A stretch of 64,000 nucleotides of DNA from positions 8,370,001 to 8,434,000 of the forward strand of contig NC_042997.1 of the NCBI RefSeq assembly GCF_006345805.1, given 5' to 3'. The translations under genes and the position numbers were made by a program. The stretch is from Octopus sinensis. Taxonomy: Eukaryota. Below are positions 52,287 through 64,000 of the stretch, piece after piece (the stretch's first letter is position 1; each line of letters begins with the position of its first letter). Under the pieces are notes generated by a model. It ran no database searches. It had not been told where the DNA came from and saw nothing but the letters and a program-made list of their open reading frames with translations.

Positions 52287-52898
52287 CATAGCCAAAGTAG
52301 TCGAGCTGACTACTGATGATGGCAATTAGCACTCAGGATTAAATTAATGTTTCTCATGGCAAGCATCTCAACTAGTCTTTGACAATGAAACCAGACTTCT
52401 GACCTTGTTGTGTTTCTTACCCTCTAAGTCCAACAGAACAGTTAGGTGCTGAGGCTTTAAACTAGTACTTTGGGTAGAAGGTAGTCATCAGCCTGGTAGA
52501 GTTTTTCATTTAAGAGAGTACAAACTCAGTCCTCAAAATACTACTGCCTTGCAGCAATACCCATCCATGGGAAAGAAAGGCTTTGGAAATAATATCTAAG
52601 AAATAACCTGCAGCTTAATTTCTCTAACATTTTCAATGTTATTTATAACATAGTTCTTGCAGATTCGGTAACAACATTGGAGCTAAGTCATACTGGCACT
52701 TGCCTTTTCCTTAGACAATATTGGGGAGACAAACTGAATAAGCCTGTATCTCTTACACACTTATCCACACACACACATAACACAATAAAATCTCTTAATT
52801 AAAAAAATTGCAGCAATACTCTATAATTCATTCATTTGCTTTTGTTGTTATATAGGTGTGTTTACATATATATGCATACGTGTGTGTGCACGTGTGTG

Positions 52899-53367
<469 letters not shown>

Positions 53368-54257
53368 CAAAGTGCATTCTAAAAGTATGCAACTTTATTT
53401 TTCCCTTCAAAACTAATATTGGGTATGAAAACTCCTTTGGATGGGAGGTGAGTCCATCTTTCCTGCACACTACTGAATTTCTTCATGTCAGTAGGCCTTG
53501 TCAGTCCTCCCTGTTATGCCTAGAATACAAACCTATAATGCTCACTCATCGGATTTTTATTTTCATACAAGATGACCAAACAGAGACCAAAATCTCACAT
53601 CACGTCACCAGTGATGATGATCTTCATGTCTAGGTCATGGTTTGCACCATCCAGCATATTTTGAATGATCTCCATTTGGAGTTGCTTGTGCTTCTCTGCT
53701 GCCACCTTGGGGACATATTTCACCAATGTTCTCAACATGCATAAATACTCTGTTAAAATGGAATGCATTGATCCTAAGCTTATTTCTTTTCCATGAGCAA
53801 TTTCTTGGATTGTTGCACACTGGTCTACAATGAATATTCACCGACCTTTCTCAATCAGCTCCTCGTTTTTGGCTTGTAGATGGCCTACCTTGCTCTCCAC
53901 TGAGGCGTGGCCATGTTTGAATTGTCGTACCACTCCTGGACCTCAGTTTTGCCCATGGCATAATCGTCAAAGACCTGCTGAATCTCCTAGATGGTTTGAG
54001 CTTGTGCATCACCAAGCTTTGGGAAAAACATGATGCAATGTCTCTGCTCAATGCTTTTGGTGAAAACGAAAATCCAATGAGTGTGCACTACATGTCTGTA
54101 CTCTAGAAATAATAGCTAGGAACTGACACAGTATACCAGAGTGCAGAATTTTCCTGCATGCACAGGAAGGATGGTATCACCTCTCATCCAAAAGATATTG
54201 CCCGTGTGGCATTAGTTTTGATGGGAAAAAATAAAGTTACTTTTTTAATACACCTCA
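53368..54257 (-). mobile_element. Internally deleted mariner-like element with ~100-bp diverged TIRs
   Basis: The left aactttatttttcccttcaaaactaat...ttggatgggaggtga...ccatctttcctg mirrors the right caggaaggatgg..tcacctctcatccaa...attagttttgatgggaaaaaataaagtt; TA flanks. Minus strand EQRHCIMF..KLGDAQAQTI*EIQQVFDDYAMGKTEVQEWY...GRPSTS is a mariner HTH region. Confidence 0.8.
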
Positions 54258-54304
54258 TACACATACCCACATATATATATATATATATATCTATATATAT
54301 ATAT

Positions 54305-54688
54305 AGGCGCAGGAGTGGCTGTGTGGTAAGTAGCTTGCTAACCAACCACATGGTTCCGGGTTCAGTCCCACTGCATGGCACCTTGGGCAAGTGTCTTCTG
54401 TTATAGCCCCGGGCCGACCAATGCCTTGTGAGTGGATTTGGTAGACGGAAACGGAAAGAAGTCTGTTGTATATATGTATATATATATATATATATGTGTG
54501 TGTGCGTGTATGTTTGTGTGTCTGTGTTCGTCCCCCTAGCATTGATTGACAACAGAGGCCGATAGAATAAGTACTGGGCTTACAAAAGAATAAGTCCCGG
54601 GGTCGAGTTGCTCGATTAAAGGCGGTGCTCCAGCATGGCCACAGTCAAATGACTGAAACAAGTAAAAGAGTAAAAGAGTAAAAGAGTA
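54305..54688 (+). mobile_element. SINE family A, young copy
   Basis: ggcgcaggagtggctgtgtggtaag... ending (taaaagag)n. Confidence 0.9.
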
Positions 54689-54874
54689 TATATATATATA
54701 AGTACAAAGTGAGATATGGTTTATGTGTGTAACCCACTATGGGATATCAGTTATCCAATATACTGCTAGTGAAGTACCCAAAAGGCAAATACATAAATGT
54801 TTATAATTGCAATGCAATTAATTCATTTATTGTATTAGATGGGTGAAGGTAAAATATTTTACCTCAAAATCATA

Positions 54875-55098
54875 ATACAAATAAGAAAATGGAGGAACAG
54901 ATTCCTTTCAATCATCGACTTACAGATAATACCAATTCATATTATTTATTAACTACTTAAATAGGAACATCCAAATCCAACAGAATAAAACAATATACAT
55001 CAATAAATAAGTACTATTTAAGTAGTTAATAAATAATATGAATTGGTATTATCTGTAAGTCGATGATTGAAAGGAATCTGTTCCTCCATTTTCTTATT

Positions 55099-55103
<5 letters not shown>
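54875..55103. repeat. Perfect 90-bp inverted repeat with 49-bp spacer
   Basis: 54875-54964 is the exact reverse complement of 55014-55103. Confidence 0.93.
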
Positions 55104-55134
<31 letters not shown>

Positions 55135-55525
55135 GCGCCAGTGGCACATAAAAAGCACCATTTGAGTGTGATCATTACCTGTGTCGCCTTACTGGCACTT
55201 ATGTTGGTGCACATGAAAAAACATTTGAGCGAGGTCGTTCCCACTGCCGCTGGACTGGCTCCTGTGCAGGTGGCACATAAAAAGCACCATTTGAGCGTGG
55301 CCATTGCCAGTACCACCTGACTGGCTATTGTGCCGGTGGCACGTAAAAACATCCACTACACTCTCAGAGTGATTGGCATTAGGAAGGGCATCCAACTGTA
55401 GAAAAACTGCCAGATCAGATTGGAGTCTGGTGCAGCCATCTGGTTCGCCAGGCCTCTGTCAAATCGTCCAACCCATGCTAGCATGGAAAGCGGACGATAA
55501 CGATGATGATGATGATGATGATGAT
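55135..55525 (+). mobile_element. RTE LINE 3' UTR fragment with (GAT)n tail
   Basis: ...aggaagggcatccaactgtagaaa...catgctagcatggaaagcggacg-(gat)n. Confidence 0.85.
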
Positions 55526-55572
55526 GTGTGTGTGTGTGTATGTGTGTGTGAGGGGGTGCATGTATGCATATA

Positions 55573-57066
55573 TCATCATCATCATCATCGTTTAACGTCC
55601 GCTTTCCATGCTAGCATGGGTTGGACGGTTCAACTGGGGTCTGGGGAGCCCGAAGGCTGCACCAGGCCAGTCAGATCTGGCAGTGTTTCTACAGCTGGAT
55701 GCCCTTCCTAACGCCAACCACTCCGAGAGTGTAGTGGGTGATTTTATGTGCCACCGACACAGGTGCCAGACGAGGCTGGCGAACGGCCACGCTCGGATGG
55801 TGTTTTTATGTGCCACTGACACAGGTGCCAGATGAGGCTGGCGAACGGCCACGCTCGGATGGTGTTTTTATGTGCCACCGACACAGGTGCCAGACGAGGC
55901 TGGCAGACGGCCACGCTCGGATGGTGTTTTTATGTGCCACCGACACAGGTGCCAGACGAGGCTGGCAGACGGCCACGCTCGGATGGTGATTTTATGTGCC
56001 ACCGACACAGGTGCCAGACGAGGCTGGCAGACGGCCACGCTCGGACGGTGTTTGTTACGTGCCCACAGCACGGAGGCCAGTCGATGCGGTACTGGCTACG
56101 GTCCCGTTCGGATGGTTTTCTTATGTGCCACCGGCACTGGTACCACAAGGATACAAATTCCATTGATGTTCATCTATTTTGATTTGGTTTGACTTGATTC
56201 GATTTGACTTTGATTTGACTTGCCTCAACAGGTCTTCACAAGTGTCACAAGCAGGAAGGTATGCACAGGCGGACTGACTATGCCCCAGGTAGGGGCCACG
56301 GGTTATGGCTTCACTAGTCTTGCCGGGTCTTCTCACGCACAGCATACTTCCATAGGTCTCGGTCTCTGGTCATTTCCATGGTGAGACCTAATGTTCGAAG
56401 GTCGTGCTTCACCACCTCGTCCCAGGTTTTCCTGGGTCTACCTCTTCCACGGGTTCCCTCAACTGCTAGGGATTGGCACTTTCTCACACACCTATCTTCA
56501 TCCATTCTCGCCACATGACCATACCATCGCAATCGTCTCTCTTGCACGCAACAACTGATGCTTCTTAGGTACAACATTTCTCTTAGGGAGCTAACACTCT
56601 GTCGAGTAAGTACACTGACATTACTCATCCATCGGAGCATACTGGCTTCATTCCTCATGAGCTTACGCATGTCCTCAGCAGTCACGGCCCATGTTTCACT
56701 GCCATGTAGCATGGCAGTTCGAACACATGCATCATACAGTCTGCCCTTTACTCTGAGCGAGAGGCCTTTAGTCACCAGCAGAGGTAAGAGCTCCCTAAAC
56801 TTTGCCCAGGCTATTCTTATTCTAGCAGTTACACTCTCAGCGCACCCACCCCCACTACTGACTTGGTCACCTAGATAACGGAAGCTATCAACTACTTCTA
56901 ATTTTTCCCCCTGGAAAGTGACGGAAGTTGTTTTCTGCAGATTTTCGGAGGTCAATGCTCCCGAGCATCTGCCACATATAAAGACTGTCTTCCCAGTTAG
57001 CCTACCTTTGACATTGCTGCACCTCTTATGTGTCCATAGCTTACACTGGGTACATCTTATAGAGTT
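55573..57066 (-). mobile_element. Young 5'-truncated RTE-clade LINE (intact ORF2 C-terminus 56314-56955, 3' UTR, (GAT)n tail)
   Basis: [11 protein letters not shown]...RIRIAWAKFREL...VKGRLYDACVRTAMLHGSETWAVT...RRLRWYGHVARM...RGRGRPRKTW. Same family as 35922-37410. Confidence 0.93.
55741..56055. repeat. 62-bp minisatellite x5 inside the RTE 3' UTR
   Basis: Unit atgtgccaccgacacaggtgccagacgaggctggcagacggccacgctcggatggtgttttt starts at 55746, 55808, 55870, 55932 and 55994. Confidence 0.95.
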
Positions 57067-57190
57067 GTATGTATGTGTATATATGTATGTGTATATATAT
57101 GTATGTGTATATATATATATGTATGTGTATATATGTATGTGTATATATACATATATGTATGTGCATATATATATGTATATATATATATAT

Positions 57191-57346
<156 letters not shown>

Positions 57347-57364
57347 TCAAAAAGAAACTGAGTC

Positions 57365-57560
57365 AAAGGCTCATAAGGCTGGTTTCCAAGGTTTTCTGGC
57401 ATCTGTATTTCCCCACAGGACAGGATGCCAGTCTGTCACAGGATTGTTCATGAAATGAAGTGTTTTGTTTAAGAACACAACACATGACCCAATCCAGGAA
57501 TCGAACTCACAATCTTATGATCATGTGTGCAACATCCTAAACATTAAGCCACGTGCCCCC
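57365..57560 (-). mobile_element. SINE family D, diverged
   Basis: Reverse complement gggcacgtggcttaatgtttagg...gagttcgattcctgg...gttgtgttcttaaacaaaacacttcatttca. Confidence 0.7.
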
Positions 57561-57929
57561 ACATGCATACTTATGTATGTAAGTGCCTCCAGTCTCACAC
57601 ACTTGTGTGTGTGTGTGTGTGTGTGTGTGTATAAAAAGAATGGAACATGTAGTCAAGTACCACAGTAGTTTCACAAGCACATCAAGGTGTCTTACATAAC
57701 GTTAAGAATATCTGGTAGACATCCAGTCTACTAATGCATCAGGTGTATACGACAGCTTAGATGAAAATAATCCGCTTTAGTGGAGAATGCAAAAGAAAAA
57801 GAATAATGACAAAGTTGGGTGATGGTAGTAGGTTACACACTAGTCCAGAAACATGGAACAAGAAAAAGATACTAAGTATACAAAACAAATCAGTATATAC
57901 ATATAACTATAGGTGCATGAAAAAAAAAT

Positions 57930-58268
57930 GGTAAAGACCCTCTTCAGTAATGACTGGCCATGGGATTGCACCTAGACTGTTCCCTTCCAAGGCATAAGTC
58001 TGAGAAAGGTTGTTTATGGAAGACCAGCAGTCACCCATGCATACCAACCTCACCTCTCCATGCCACCGATGTTATCCAAGGAAAAAGCAAAGACTGATAC
58101 AGCTTGGCACCTGTGACATCATAACTCATTTCTATAGCTGAGTGAATTTGAGCAACATGAAATAGAGTGTCTTGCTCAAGAACACAGCACATAACCCAGT
58201 CCTGGGATCAGTACTCACTACCTCATGATTGTGAACCTGATGTTCTAATCACTGTGGCATGTGCCTTC
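57930..58268 (-). mobile_element. SINE with family D head and a different (RTE-like) 3' tail
   Basis: The head/core gtgttcttgagcaagacactctatttcatgttgctc is shared with family D. The 3' end is aatcccatggccagtcattactgaagagg. Confidence 0.62.
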
Positions 58269-58316
58269 ACATATATATAAACATATGCAAACAAATATAT
58301 ATGCATGTGCATATAT

Positions 58317-58374
<58 letters not shown>

Positions 58375-58392
58375 TATTTATATATAAATATA

Positions 58393-58640
58393 TATATGTA
58401 ATGGCATATAGAGACATATTTGTATATGTAGCCATGTGTATATTAAAGAATATATATGTGTATATAGCTATTTATATGTATATATGCATGTGTATATATA
58501 TACTTATATGTATATATGCATGTATATATATATATATATATACATGCATATATACATATAAATAGCTATATACACATATATATTCTTTAATATACACATG
58601 GTTACATATACAAATATGTCTCTACATACCATTACATACA
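58393..58640. repeat. Inverted duplication of low-complexity sequence centred on (TA)n
   Basis: agagacatatttgtatatgtagccatgtgtatattaaagaatatatatgtgtatatagctattttata is mirrored at ~58555-58625. Confidence 0.85.
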
Positions 58641-58831
58641 CATATACTACAAAACAATTAAAGACTAAAATACAGAGTATCCCAGAATTAACTGTTTCAG
58701 TGTAATCATACAACTTTTTTGAATTCGATTTTACTTATTCTGTTGTGTCTGGGGTGAGTCATTCTCTTTTAATGCCTTATTATTTAACACACACACCGGT
58801 AAAATTTCCACTTATTTTTATTTTCATTTTC

Positions 58832-58868
58832 CTAAAATTTTCGTTGCATCTTGCAACCTTTTCAATAG
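58832..58868 (-). ncRNA. Minimal type I hammerhead-like motif, U3-A8 core variant
   Basis: CUA-UUGAAAA-G-GUUGCA-AGA-UGCAAC-GAAA-AU-U-U-UAG. 6-bp stem II, palindromic stem III AAUU, but only a 3-bp stem I. Confidence 0.48.
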
Positions 58869-59435
58869 TCTTGACTCTGTCCGTTATTTACACTGCATTC
58901 CCTTTTGTTTGTTTGTGCGCATGTGTGTGGGTCAGTGTGTGCGTGAGTGCCTATACATGCATGCATGTATGTATGTATGTGTGTGTTTGCATGTGTATGT
59001 ATGTTTATTTGTGTGCGTATGTATATGTTTATATGTATGTATGTGTGTGTTTGCATGTGTATGTATGTTTATATGTGTGTGTATGTATATGTATATATGT
59101 ATGTATGTGTGTGCATCTGTATGTACGTATCCTGCTTATTTATGTGCTTGCATGTCCATGTTTGTGTATTTTCTATGTATGTGTGTGAGAGCATGTGTTT
59201 GTATATGTATGCACCTCTGTCTCCTTGTGTGTGCTTGTCTGTGTGTGAGTGTGTTATGCAACTATGTAACATGTTTGTATGTTTAGATGAGCATCTTTAT
59301 ATGTGGATCCGTGGATCCATATGTTTCTGTTCTTGTAACCGATGTACCTGTCCGTCTGTATGTTGATCTGTTTATTTTCATATCTATATGCTTACATACA
59401 AAAAATCATGTTTATCATGTTTAATATTCTCTTTT

Positions 59436-59825
59436 CTCTTTTTCTCTTTTACTTGTTTCAGTCATTTGACTGCGGCCATGCTAGAGCACCGCCTTTAGTC
59501 GAGCAAATCGATCCCGGGACTTATTCTTTGTAAGCCCAGTACTTATTCTATCGGTCTCTTTTGCCGAACCGCTAAGTGACGGGAACGTAAACACACCAGC
59601 ATCGGTTGTCAAGCAACGCTAGGGGGACAAACACAGACACACACACATATATATACATATATACGACAGGCTTCTTTCAGTTTCCGTCTACCAAATCCAC
59701 TCACAAGGCATTGGTCGGCCCGGGGCTATAGCAGAAGACACTTGCCCAAGATGCCACACAGTGGGACTGAACCCGGAACCATATGGTTGGTTAGCAAGCT
59801 ACTTACCACAGCCACTCCTGCGCCT
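59436..59825 (-). mobile_element. SINE family A, young full-length copy
   Basis: Near-identical to 3461-3852. Confidence 0.9.
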
Positions 59826-59974
59826 ATATGTGTATAAATTTTAAATTTTGTCTATTATTTTATTATTTTTATTATTTTTTTTTGTAATTTTATTTTCATT
59901 CCTGTTGGATCCCACACATCTGTCCATGACAGCTTCTTTTCAATTTGGCTGTAGTTATTTTCTCTATCTCCATC

Positions 59975-60126
59975 CCTAAAATGGAGCAATAGTTTAGTTG
60001 AACTTAAAGACTGCATTCAATTAGCAGTGAAGGCAATAACTCCTGAAATGCTTCAGCATGTTTCACAATGCTAAAGATAGATTTGAAATTTGCACGGATA
60101 CAGACAGAGCACATGTTGAAAAATAA
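59975..60126 (+). pseudogene. Tc1/mariner-superfamily transposase C-terminal relic
   Basis: SLVELKDCIQLAVKAITPEMLQHV...DRFEICTDTDRAHVEK* resembles xLxELKxRIxxAxxxITPEMLxxV...RxxxCxxxxGxHVE. Confidence 0.55.
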
Positions 60127-60374
60127 TTGGTAAAGTTTTGACATAAGAATTATAAATCTATCGGTTTTGGTATCATAATTAAGTAATAAAAATAAAATTA
60201 TGTCAGTTTTTTAAAATTTGCCTGATTTCATTGAAATAGATAGATGTAAAGCTTTACAAATAAACACTATTCTATGACATGGAAGGTAATTCAAGGAGGT
60301 TGCAGAGTTAAAATATTGTGCTACCAGAAAGCTGAAATCATACTGGTGAACAAACTTTCATATATAATTATAGA

Positions 60375-60575
60375 GGCATACAGTTCTTCCGCAAATGTAG
60401 CAAAGACTTTGCCTAGCTGGTTGTAATGTCATAGTTTCTTGTTGACGTCTTTTCTTGTCTTTCCATTTCTCCTCTCTCCCTCTGTCACTCCTCTGTGTTC
60501 CCTCTTTTACGGTATGTCACCAATCTCCACGGTTGCTGGCAACTGCTTCCCAGAGGGAGTTTTTGTCCAGGATAG
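60375..60575 (-). mobile_element. RTE/RTE-X ORF2 extreme C-terminus relic
   Basis: WEAVASNRGDW*HTVKEGTQRSDRGREEKWKDKKRRQQ...CYICGR. Confidence 0.55.
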
Positions 60576-61709
60576 GACTTCACAGCCACAGCAGGAGATG
60601 TATCAGGACATGAAATGTAAAAGCCGGACTAGATTATTTTATGCACAACTCCATTGTCTCCCAAGACAAAATGGATGCCAACAAACAGTTCTTCACACGA
60701 AAAAGTTCATACATGCACATATATGTACATTTAAGGTCATTGAGCAGATAGAAAAACAAAACCTGTAAACATGACACTTAGGGGTATTGGAAAGTAACTG
60801 AAGTAATAAGTTAGCTGTCAGGAGTAAAAAGTGTAGCAAGTGTACTAATCTCAGCCAAATCCTTGTATCACCATGTAGTAGTAAAATAGAGAAGCAATGT
60901 AGAATCCAGAATTAGGTATTACTAGTAAATATAATTAACTATCAACAACTCCAAAGTCAATGCAACCAGAGTCATTGTTAACTCATCGTTTCTTTAATAG
61001 CCAACAACTATAACAATAATATTATGAACAAGATAAACAACTCCATTTGAAATTAAAGCAATCACACATGATAATATTGTTCTATAGTGTATTTAAAAGT
61101 TGAGTAAAATATCTTTGATCATAGGAAAATGGATTATTGGAAAACTAAACAACAATGCAATTAGCAAGAACAATGTAACCACTGCCACCACCAAAACTAT
61201 GCCTAGCACCAAAACCAATACAACCAATACCAGCACTGCTATCATCACACAAATTTTTGAATAACCAAGTGGTAACAACAATAGCAGTGTCAGCATGATG
61301 GCAATTTCTGTAGCTACATGTGCTGTATATCAGCACAACTGCATATTGATGACACCGCATATTTCTAGAAGCTACTGAAAGAACTTTTATTTCTGAAGAA
61401 GAAAAATTAAAATCAAGTTAATTGTTTATCATTCTGAAAATTGTGTTTCACTCCAAAAGTTTAATTTGTGTCTGTTATAGCAGAAGCAAATTAGAAGACA
61501 TTGAAGTTTATACAAAATATTTTGGCCCTGCTTTAGAAATTTCAGTGCCAGTGTGTACAAATTTGATTTGTTAGAACTTACATCCTGGAATGTTCTCATT
61601 TTTAATTTGTCATTTTTTTGTACATATCCTTTTGAATTGTAATCTCAAAAATTAACAAGTGAAGATAAACTGAAGAAACTGAGATATAATATATTTATTT
61701 CAACTTTGG

Positions 61710-62088
61710 AAATATTTGGCAACTTTTACCCCAGCATGCAGCAGTGGATCATTGACTGGCTGTGGACAAATGTACCACCATGCATTTTGGGAGGAAAAAT
61801 CCAGCGTCTACTTACTCCCTCCAAAACTCTAATCTCAAAAAGTTTTCTTGTGAATGTGACCTGGGCATTATTGTCGACAGCGATTTGCATTGGACAAAAC
61901 ACATTGCTAAAATTGCCAAGAAAGCTGAGAGTGTCTTGGCATCACTTACCAAGTCCTTTGTGAGCCGCTCTCCGGCTATCTATCTGAGGCTTTATATAGC
62001 TATGGTGTGGCCTCACCTGGAATTTGCATCACTGGTCTGGAACCCCTATCTTGCCCAGGATATTAATCATCTGGAAACCGTTCAGTGA
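61710..62088 (+). mobile_element. CR1-group LINE RT thumb fragment
   Basis: DKCTTMHFGRKN...DLGIIVDSDLHWTKHI...LYIAMVWPHLEFASLVWNPYLAQDINHLETVQ. Confidence 0.85.
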
Positions 62089-63473
62089 CGTCCAATCCAA
62101 TCTGCAACGTAGAGTCAGAAGATCATGTGATTTCGGAAATTGTATGATTCCAGTCATAGATGGAAAGACTGTATCAATTGTCAGGATAATTATTAAATGC
62201 AGAATACAAAATTTTCTTGTCTATTTGTTCTTTAGTTTGGAAACACCTTGCACGAGTACCTAAAATATATTTAAACTATTCTTTTTTTTATATATAGCGA
62301 TCCTCTATTGAATTATAATGTACTGATATGTGATTATGTGAGTATTGTAAAGTGATGCACAACTGCTCCTAAGTCATGTTATTAAAACAGGTTTGATTTC
62401 CAAGCAATTTTATTCTAATTTCTTTGCCCTGCTTAACTGAAATTTCAAGCCACAGTGTCGCCATCATCATCACCACCACCACCATCATCACCATCAGCCG
62501 TTCAAGAATTTGGACCTTGAGATCTCCATTTCCAGCGACTTTGAGGGCCACCTCCCAGTGGTGCCGGGCGTCAACAAAGAACCCTTGACTACAACAAGAT
62601 GAACAAAGTTTTTTTTTTCCAAGGTCTGGTGTCTCCCACCCCTAAGCCCTAGACCATCACCTAATCACCCTTACCCATCTTGTTGCTTAACAACAACAAC
62701 AACAACAACAACAATCATTATCATAATCGTCATCATTATCATCATGGTTAAAATTACCACCATTATCATCATCATCATTGTTATTGTCCACATTGTCATT
62801 ATCATCATCATCATCACCATCATCATTATTATCATTTTGCCTCTCCTTTTCGATATTAACATGGGTTAGATAGGTTTTTCTGAAGCACTTTTTCCCAATT
62901 GTATGCCCCGCTCTTGCTACCAGCACCTTTTAGCTATCTCTTACAACATGCAAGGATATAATATTATAATTCTAAAACCAGATGCCACATGATAAATATG
63001 AAGCCATAGTGAATTGTCTGGAAATTCCTATCTACTGTGTTAGGATTGGCATTGTGAAATTATAGGCAGATGAAATGTTTGAGAACATAATGACAAATGT
63101 GGGGATAATGGATATTTCAAGAACGACTAACTTTTTATGTTTTCATCAATTAAACAAAATGCTGTAACTTTCTTTGTTTGCTCTAGAAGATGATGCTTCT
63201 TTACAAAAAGTAGATACAAATTTAATGTTGTTTCCTCTAATGGCTGAAACTTTGCTCTTCAGCTAATTCACTAATTAGAGTAATTAAACCATAAAATTAA
63301 AACTGAACTAGACTCATCAATATTAAATTGCAAGTTCAACCAATTTTCACAATGTCTAGACCAGCAATAGAGATGCTTTGTAATTATACAACCTGCTAGA
63401 AATAACAGCCATAGCACTTTATTGTTGTCCTAAAAAGGTAAGGATATATTGGATAATACAGCCTTAAATATAT

Positions 63474-63612
63474 CATCATCATCATCATCATTTAGTATCT
63501 GTTTTTCCATGCTGGCATGAGTTAGATGGTTTGGCTGGCACTGGTAAGTCAGAAAGCTGTAACAGGCTCCAGTCCAGTTTAGCATGGTTTCTACAGCTGG
63601 ATACTCTTCTTA
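63474..63612 (-). mobile_element. RTE 3' end fragment, diverged
   Basis: (atc)n-tttagtatctgtttttccatgctggcatgagttagatgg...tttctacagctgga. Confidence 0.72.
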
Positions 63613-63613
63613 A

Positions 63614-63832
63614 CCCTTTTGATACCAACCTGGCTGAAACCGGCTCTGGCTCTGTAGTACAAATGTCTTGTTTTCATAAATTTTGAATTAAAATCTTTCA
63701 CCAAACCTTAGTCACAATTACTTTTCCTAACACCAGCTTAATGATAACCAAGTTGTTTTACTAAATTCTTTGTCATATCTAAAATAATTGAGAGAAACAC
63801 AGAGCATCCCAAAATAAATACAGTAATGAGAG
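63614..63832. mobile_element. piggyBac-like MITE (right end degraded)
   Basis: Begins TTAA|CCCTTT, inserted at the cttcttaa of the RTE fragment. The right end cagtaatgagag only weakly mirrors it. Confidence 0.45.
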
Positions 63833-64000
63833 TGCAGTGGATGACTTCTATGTTATCTTAAATATATGTCTGAATGAAAAAAAAATGAGATATTCATGGC
63901 TACAATACTGTTGATCTTGGGCTAAACAGCAAGAATTACATGGATATACACAATGTGATTAATATTGTGAAAATAAATTTCAATCTTTAGCATACTTGTA

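Noticed and set aside
55741-56055. CRISPR-like array
   Set aside because: Units are contiguous with no unique spacers and sit in a eukaryotic LINE 3' UTR.
62090-62275. Possible minus-strand exon after ttttag|gtactc
   Set aside because: Stops occur in all three frames within 90 nt with no homology; a non-coding or terminal exon cannot be excluded but is unsupported.

Overview
AT-rich, microsatellite-dense eukaryotic DNA with no recognisable host protein-coding exon. Most ORFs in the track are translations of (TA)n, (CA)n, (GATA)n or (ATT)n repeats. The repeat repertoire (tRNA-headed SINEs, RTE 3' ends with (GAT)n tails, Dong/R4 LINE) resembles an Octopus/cephalopod genome; this is an inference. 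Decayed mobile elements include an R4/Dong RLE-type LINE, two RTE LINE bodies and many RTE 3' ends, CR1-type LINE pieces, a Gypsy integrase relic, Tc1, mariner, Chapaev3-like, pogo/Tc2 and piggyBac-like DNA elements, Helitrons, Penelope-like (PLE) relics and at least four SINE families. The main unexplained signal is a set of short non-coding elements from unrelated families, mostly fold-back (inverted-repeat), that carry hand-folded type I hammerhead ribozyme motifs with palindromic stem III. Their catalytic 3-8 pair covaries across families: C3-G8 at 17.6/17.9 kb and 47.1/47.4 kb, G3-C8 at 4.7 kb, and U3-A8 at 58.8 kb. One of them is fused to a tRNA-derived Pol III head, suggesting a PLE-mobilised ribozyme-bearing SINE. 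CpG content also drops sharply after about 27 kb, consistent with entry into a methylated gene body. All folds and alignments were done by eye and boundaries are approximate.
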